In this document: positions 56,271 to 64,000 of the stretch, one piece after another | Layout of the letters: each line of letters begins with the position of its first letter | Position numbering within the stretch: position 1 is the first letter of the stretch | DNA from: the human T2T-CHM13v2.0 reference genome, Homo sapiens | Assembly (NCBI RefSeq): GCF_009914755.1 | Contig: NC_060940.1 | Length of the DNA stretch: 64,000 nt | Reading direction: 5' to 3' (one strand) | Notes under the pieces: model-generated | Told to the model about the DNA's origin: nothing | The model's database searches: none | What the model saw: only the letters and a program-made list of their open reading frames with translations | Program-made: the position numbers and the translations under genes

Positions 56271-59200
56271 ATGATTCCATTCAATTCCATTCGATGATGA
56301 TTCCGTACGATTCCATTCTGTGATGATTCCATGTGATTGCATTCAGTGATGATTCCTTTCGATTGCATTCGATTATGATTCATTTCGTGTTCATTCTATG
56401 GTTCCACAGGTTTCCATTCGTGTCCATTCCATTATTCCATTCTATTCCATTTGATGATGATTCCATTCGATTCCATTCATTGGTGATTCCACTCAATTCC
56501 ATTCAATGATCCCATTCCATTTCTTTCAACAATGATTCCATTAGTTTCTAATCGATGATACACTTGATTCCATTTGACGACGATTCCATTGTTGTCCATT
56601 CGATGATTCCATTTGATTCCATATGATGATGATTCCATTCGATTCCATATGATGATGATTCCATTCGAGTCCATTCAATGGTGATTCCATTCAATTCCAT
56701 TCGATGATTCCTTTCGATTCCATTCGATGATGATGGCATTCGATTGCTTTCAATCATTCCTTTTGATTCCATTCAAAGGTGATTTCATTCAAGTCCATTC
56801 GATAATTGCATTCGATTCCATTCTATGATGATTCCATTCGAGTCCATTTGATGATTCCATTCAATTCAAGTCAATGATGATTCCATTCGATTCCATTCGA
56901 TGATTCCATTGGATTCCATTGGATGATGATTCCATTCAAATCCATTCGATAATTCAATTCAAGTTCATTCGATGATGATTCCAATCGAATCCATTCAAAG
57001 ATTCCATTCAGTTCCATTCGATAATTCCCTTAGATTCCATTCGATGATTCCACTTGATTTCTTTTACGATGATTCCATTCGATTCCATGTGATGATTCCA
57101 TTCAATTCTATTCAATGATGTTTCCATTTGATTCCATTCGACCATGATTGCCTTTGATTCCATTCAATGATTCCATTCGGTTCCTTTTGATGATGATTCC
57201 GTTCGATTCCATTTCATGATTCCATATGATTCCATTGGATGAGTCCATTCGATTACATTCGATGATTATTCCATTCGAGTGCATTAGATGATTCCATTCG
57301 AGTCCATTCGATGATTCCATTCGATTCCATTCGATGTTGATTCTGTTCAAATCCATTCGATGATTCCACTCGATTCCATTCGATGACTCCATTTGATCCC
57401 ATTCGATGATTTCCTGTGATTCCCTTTGATGATCATTCCATTTGATTCTATTCGGTGATTTCATTGGATTCCATTCAGTGATGTTTCCATTCGACTCCAT
57501 TCGATGATGATTCCATTCGACTCCATTCGATTATGATTTCATTCAATTCCATTCGATAATGATTCCCTTCGTGTCCATTCGATGATTCCATTCGATTCCA
57601 TTCAACGATGATTTGATTCGTTTCCATTCGATGATTCCATTTGATTCCACTTGATGATGATTCCATTCGAGTCCATTTGATGATTCCATTCAATTCCATT
57701 CTCCGATGATTTCTTTTGAGCCCACTCAATGCTTCCACTCGATTCCATATGATGATGACTCCATTCGATGAAATTCGATGATGATTCCATTCGCTTGCTT
57801 TCGATGATGATTCCACTTGAGTCCGTTAGAAGATTCTATTCAATTACATTCCATGACGATTCCGTTCGAGTCCAATTGATGATTCCATTAGATTCCATTC
57901 GACGATGATTCCATTTGATGTTATTCGATGATTCCATTCGATCTCATTTGTTGATGATTCCATTCAACTCCATTCGATGTTTCCATTCGAGTTCATTCTA
58001 TTATTCCATTAGATTCCATTCGATGATGATTCCATTCGATTCCATTTGATGATTGCATTCTATTTCATTTGATGATGATTCCATTCGAGTCCACTCGATG
58101 ATTCCATTCGAGTCCATTTAATGAATCCATTGGTTTCAATTCTATGATGATTACATTGGATTCCATTCGTTGATGATTTCATTCGGTTCCATTCAATGAT
58201 TATTCTATTCTATTCCTTTCAATGTTTCCATTCAATTCCATACGATGATGATTCCATTTGATTTGATTCGACAGTGAGCCATTCGATTCAATTCCATGAT
58301 GATTCTATTTTATTCAATTGGTTGACATTTCCATTCGATTCCATTCGATGATGATTCCCTTTGATTCCATTCAAAGATGATTCCATTCTAGCCCATTCAA
58401 TCATTCCATTCGATTCTATTCAATGATGATTCCATTCATGTCGATTTGGTGATTCCATTTGACTTCATTTGATGATGATTCCTTTCAAGTTCATTAGATG
58501 ATTCCATTCGATTCCATTTGATGATGATCCCATTCGAGTCCATTCAGTGATTCCATTCGTTTCCATTCCATGATGATTCCATTCCATTCCATGCAATGAT
58601 TCCATTCGATTCCGTTTGATGATGATTTCATTCGAGTCCATTTGATGATTCCATTTGATTCCATTCGATGATGATTCCATTCGAGTCCATTCGATGATTC
58701 TATTCGAATCCATTTGATGATTTCTTTTGATTATAGTTGGTGATGATTCCATTGGAGTCCATTCAATGATTCCATTCGATTCCAATCGATGATGATTCCA
58801 TTAGAGTCCATTTAAGGATTCCATTTGATTCCAGTGTCTGATGATTACTTTCGAGTCCATACGATGATTCCACTCAATTCCATATAATGATGTTTCCTTA
58901 CGATTCCATTCGATGATTCCATTCTATTCTATTCAATGGTGATTCCATTCGAGTACATTAGATGATTCCATTCGATTCCATTCAATGATGATTCTATTTG
59001 TGTCCCTTAGATGATTCCACATGATTCCATTAGATGATGATACTATTTGAGCCCATCCAATGATTCCCTTCCATTCCATTCGATGAGGATTCCATTCAAT
59101 TCAATTCATTGGTGATTCTATTCAATTCAATTCTTTGATTCCATTCCATTCCATTCGACAATGATTCCATTCGATTTCTTTCGATGATTCCACTCGATTC

Positions 59201-59752
59201 CACTTGACATTGATTCCATTCGACTCCATTCAATGATTCCATTTGATTCCAGTGGATGATGATTGCCATCGATTCCATTCGATCACTCCATTCTATTCCA
59301 TTTGATGATGATTACATTCGATTCCATTTGATGATTCCATCTGATTCTATTCGAGGATTCCATTTGATTCCATTCGATGATGATTCCATTCGAGTCCATT
59401 CGATGATTTCATTCGAGTACATCCAATGATTCCATTCGAGTCCATTTGATGATTCCATTTGATTCCATTTGATTACGATTCTACTAGAGTCCATTCAATG
59501 ACTCCATTCGAGTCCATTCAACAATTCCATTCGACTCCATTCGATGATTCCATTCGATTCCATTTGATGGTTCCATTCGAGTCCATTTAATCATTACAGT
59601 CGAGTCCATTTGGTGATTCCACTAGACTTCTTTTGATAATGATACCATTCAATTACATTTGATGATGATCCCATTCAATTTCATTTGATGATGATTCCAT
59701 TAGAGTCCATTCGATGATTTCATTCGAGTCCCTTCATTGATTCCATCCGATT
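53631..59752 (+). repeat. Near-intact copy of the ~6.1-kb base unit (6122 bp = 6112 + 10)
   Basis: Homologous landmarks at 53631 and 59753 are 6122 bp apart, and 30064 to 36181 gives 6117 (=6112+5). The modal inter-landmark distances sum to 990+847+1142+1205+498+432+631+367 = 6112. Confidence 0.85.
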
Positions 59753-62700
59753 TCATTGGATGATGACTCCATTCGAGTCCCTTTTCCACTCGAATCCATT
59801 AGATGATTCCATTGGAGTCCATTTGATTGTTCCATTCGATTCCATTCTATTCCTTTCGAAGATTACTCCATTTGAGTCCATTCGATGATGATTCCATTCC
59901 ATTCCATTCGATGATTCCGTTTGATTCCATTCGATGATTCCCTTCGATTCCTTTCTTTGATGATTCCATTCCCTTCCATTCAATGATTCCATTCGAATCT
60001 ATTCCATGATGATTCCTTTCGATTCCATTCGCTGATGTTTCCGTTCAATTCCATTCGATGATGATTCCATTCGATTCCATTCATTGAGGATTCCATTTGA
60101 TTCCATTCAATGATGATTCCATTCTATTCCATTCAATGATTGCATTCAATTCCATTCAATGATTATCCCATTAGAGTAAACTCAACGATTCCATTCAATA
60201 CCATTCGATGATGATTCTTTTTGAGTCCATTCAATGATTTCATTCAAGTCCATTTGATGATTCCTGTCAATTCCATTCTATGATGATTCCATTCGAGTCC
60301 ATTCGATGATTCCATTCGATTGCATTCGATGATTCCATTATATTCCATTCAACGATGATTCCATTCGAGTCCATTCGATGATTCCATTAGAGTACATTTA
60401 ATGATTGCTTTGTTTTCAATTCGAAGATGATTACATTGGATTCCATTCTATGATACCATTCGATTCCATTCAATGATGATTCCACTCAAATCCATTGGAT
60501 GATTCCATTCGTGTCCATTCGGTGATTTCATTAGATTCCATTCGAGGATGATTCCATTCGATTCCATTCGATGATTCCATTCAATTCCATTCGATGATGA
60601 TTCCATTCGAGTCCATATGATCATTCCATTTGATTTCATTCGATGATGATTCCATTCGATTCCATTCGATGATTCCATTCTATTCCATTCGATGATGATT
60701 CCATTCGAGTCCATTCGATGATTCCATTCTATTCCCTTCGATGATGATTCCATTCGAGTCCATTCGATGATTCCATTCGAGTCCATTTAATGATTCCATT
60801 GGGTTCAATTCAATGATGATTACATTGGATTCCGTTCTATGATTCCATTCAATTCCGTTCATTGACAATTTGATTCCATTCGATGATGATTCCATTTGAG
60901 TTCATTCGATGATTCTATTCGATTCCCTTCGATGGTGATTCAATTCTATTATATTGGATGATTCCATTCGATTCCATTTGATGTTGATTCCATTCGATTC
61001 TATTCGATGATGATTCCATTGGATTTCACTTGATGATTCTATTCGATTCCATTCAATGATGATTCACTTCTCGTCCATTGGATGATTCCATTTCATTCCA
61101 TTCGATGATGATTCCATTCGATTCCATTCATTGGTGATTCCACTCAATTCCATTCAATGATTCCATTCCATTTCTTTCAACAATGATTCCATTACTTTCT
61201 AATCGATGATCCACTTGATTCCATTTGACGACGATTCCATTCTTGTCCATTCGATGATTCCATTTGATTCCATATGATGATGATTCCATTCGATTCCATA
61301 CGATGATGATTCCATTCGAGTCCATTCAATGGTGATTCCATTCAATTCCATTCGATGATTCCTTTCGATTCCATTCGATGATGATGGCATTCGATTCCTT
61401 TCAATCATTCCCTTTGATTCCATTCAAAGGTGATTTCATTCAAGTCCATTCGATAATTGCATTCGATTCCATTCTATGATGATTCCATTCGAGTCCATTT
61501 GATGATTCCATTCAATTCAAGTCAATGATGATTCCATTCGATTCCATTCGATGATTCCATTGGATTCCATTCGATGATGATTCCATTCAAATCCATTCGA
61601 TAATTCAATTCAAGTCCATTCGATGATGATTCCAATCGAATCCATTCAAAGATTCCATTCAGTTCCATTCGATGATTCCCTTAGATTCCATTCGATGATT
61701 CCACTTGATTCCATTTACGATGATTCCATTCGGTTCCATGTGATGATTCCATTCAATTCTATTCAATGATGTTTCCATTTGATTCCATTCGACCATGATT
61801 GCCTTTGATTCCATTCAATGATTCCATTCGGTTCCTTTTGATGATGATTCCATTCGATTCCATTTGATGATTCCATTTGATTCCATTGGATGAGTCCATT
61901 CGATTACATTCGATGATTATTCCATTCGAGTGCATTAGATGATTCCATTCGAGTCCATTCGATGATTCCATTCGATTCCATTCGATGTTGATTCTGTTCA
62001 AATCCATTCGATGATTCCACTCGATTCCATTCGATGACTCCATTTGATCCCATTCGATGATTTCCTTTGATTCCCTTTGATGATCATTCCATTTGATTCA
62101 ATTCGGTGATTTCATTGGATTCCATTCAGTGATGTTTCCATTCGACTCCATTCGATGATGATTCCATTCGACTCCATTCGATTATGATTTCATTCAATTC
62201 CATTTGATAATGATTCCCTTCGAGTCCATTCGATGATTCCATTCGATTCCATTCAACGATGATTTGATTCGTGTCCATTCGATGATTCCATTTGATTCCA
62301 CTTGTTGATGATTCCATTCGAGTCCATTTGATGATTCCATTCAATTCCATTCTCCGATGATTTCTTTTGAGCCCACTCAATGCTTCCACTCGATTCCATA
62401 TGATGATGACTCCATTCGATGAAATTCGATGATGATTCCATTCGCTTGCTTTCAATGATGATTCCACTTGAGTCCGTTAGAAGATTCTATTCAATTACAT
62501 TCCATGACGATTCCGTTCGAGTCCATTTGATGATTCCATTAGACTCCATTCGACGATGATTCCATTCGATGTTATTCGATGATTCCATTCGATCTCATTC
62601 GTTGATGATTCCATTCAACTCTTTTCGATGTATCCATTCGAGTTCATTCTATTATTCCATTAGATTCAATTCGATGATGATTCCATTCGATTCCATTTGA

Positions 62701-64000
62701 TGATTGCATTCTATTTCATTTGATGATGATTCCATTCGAGTCCACTCGATGATTCCATTCGAGTCTATTTAATGAATCCATTGGTTTCAATTCTATGATG
62801 ATTACATTGGATTCCATTCGTTGATGATTTCATTCGGCTCCATTCAATGATGATTCTATTCAATTCCTTTCAATGTTTCCATTCAATTCCATACGATGAT
62901 GATTCCATTTGATTTGATTCGACAGTGAGCCATTCGATTCAATTCCATGATGATTCTATTTTATTCAATTGGTTGACATTTCCATTCGATTCCATTCGAT
63001 GATGATTCCCTTTGATTCCATTCAAAGATGATTCCATTCTAGCCCATTCAATCATTCCATTCGATTCTATTCAATGATGATTCCATTCATGTCGATTTGG
63101 TGATTCCATTTGACTTCATTTGATGATGATTCCTTTCAAGTTCATTAGATGATTCCATTCGATTCCATTTGATGATGATCCCATTCGAGTCCATTCAGTG
63201 ATTCCATTCGTTTCCATTCCATGATGATTCCATTCCATTCCATGCAATGATTCCATTCGATTCCGTTTGATGATGATTTCATTCGAGTCCATTTGATGAT
63301 TCCATTTGATTCCATTCGATGATGATTCCATTCGAGTCCATTCGATGATTCTATTCGAATCCATTTGATGATTTCTTTTGATTATAGTTGGTGATGATTC
63401 CATTGGAGTCCATTCAATGATTCCATTCGATTCCAATCGATGGTGATTCCATTAGAGTCCATTTAATGATTCCATTTGATTCCAGTCTCTGATGATTACA
63501 TTCGAGTCCATACGATGATTCCACTCAATTCCATATCATGATGATTCCATTCGATTCCATTCGATGATTCCATTCTATTCTATTCAATGGTGATTCCATT
63601 CGGGTACATTAGATGATTCCATTCGATTCCATTCAATGATGATTCTATTTGTGTCCCTTAGATGATTCCACATGATTCCATTAGATGATGATACTATTTG
63701 AGCCCATCCAATGATTCCCTTCGATTCCATTCGATGAGGATTCCATTCGATTCAATTCATTGGTGATTTTATTCAATTCAATTCCTTGATTCCATTCCAT
63801 TCCATTCGACAATGATTCCATTCGATTTCTTTCGATGATTCCACTCGATTCCACTTGACATTGATTCCATTCAATTCCATTCAATGATTCCATTTGATTC
63901 CAGTGGATGATGATTGCCATCGATTCCGTGCGGTCACTCCATTCTATTCCATTTGATGATGATTACATTCGATCACATTTGATAATTCCATCTGATTCTA

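Larger units (their letters stand above)
1..64000 (+). repeat. Satellite II (HSat2/HSATII) pericentromeric tandem array, CATTC strand on +
   Basis: The entire window is made of ATTCC pentamers interspersed with TCGAT/TCGAGT and (GAT)2-3, i.e. the 23/26-bp HSat2 consensus (e.g. gattccattcgattccattcgatgatgattcc). CATTCGATTC is abundant and pure (CATTC)n runs are short, which favours HSat2 over HSat3. No non-satellite interruption was seen. Confidence 0.97.

Noticed and set aside
809-63920. Over 150 minus-strand ORFs of 60-151 aa (MESSNGIEWNHRM-like)
   Set aside because: They are low-complexity translations of the GGAAT strand, which is stop-poor. They overlap in several frames, are freely broken by frameshifts between copies, and show no domain. 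I used them only as positional landmarks.
1-64000. CRISPR-like repeat-spacer array
   Set aside because: There are no unique spacers, no leader and no cas genes. The sequence between motifs is itself satellite.
1-64000. HSat3, telomeric or alpha-satellite identity
   Set aside because: Pure (CATTC)n runs are only ~3-4 units and CATTCGATTC/GATGAT dominate. No TTAGGG tract or 171-bp monomer was seen.

Overview
The whole 64 kb window is one continuous array of primate (most likely human) Satellite II (HSat2/HSATII). It consists of diverged (CATTC)n in 23/26-bp CATTCGATTCCATTCGATGAT(GAT)TC monomers, all in one orientation with the CATTC strand on +. I see no genes, transposons, RNA genes or inversions, and all listed ORFs are artefacts of translating the GGAAT strand. 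Spacing between diagnostic variant landmarks reconstructs a 6112-bp base unit, matching the ~6.1-kb unit reported for HSat2B at chr16q11.2. That locus assignment is an inference. Almost every copy here is structurally rearranged. There is a young ~9.98-kb super-repeat (~2.4 copies, ~6.35-29.9 kb) that has captured a ~1.8-kb non-unit block, and a ~6.2-kb divergent segment (40.6-46.8 kb) that looks like an uncollapsed ancestral form of the unit. There are also tandem duplications (411 bp, ~2.9 kb, 49 bp), deletions (768, 170, 72, ~449, 49, ~1504 bp), and shared private variants between the two window ends. A DUX4-type motif (TAATTGAATCA on the minus strand) recurs about once per unit. I found no novel protein-coding system. 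The interest lies in satellite architecture and evolution. All lengths were counted by hand from landmarks and the ORF track, and breakpoints are uncertain by tens of bp.
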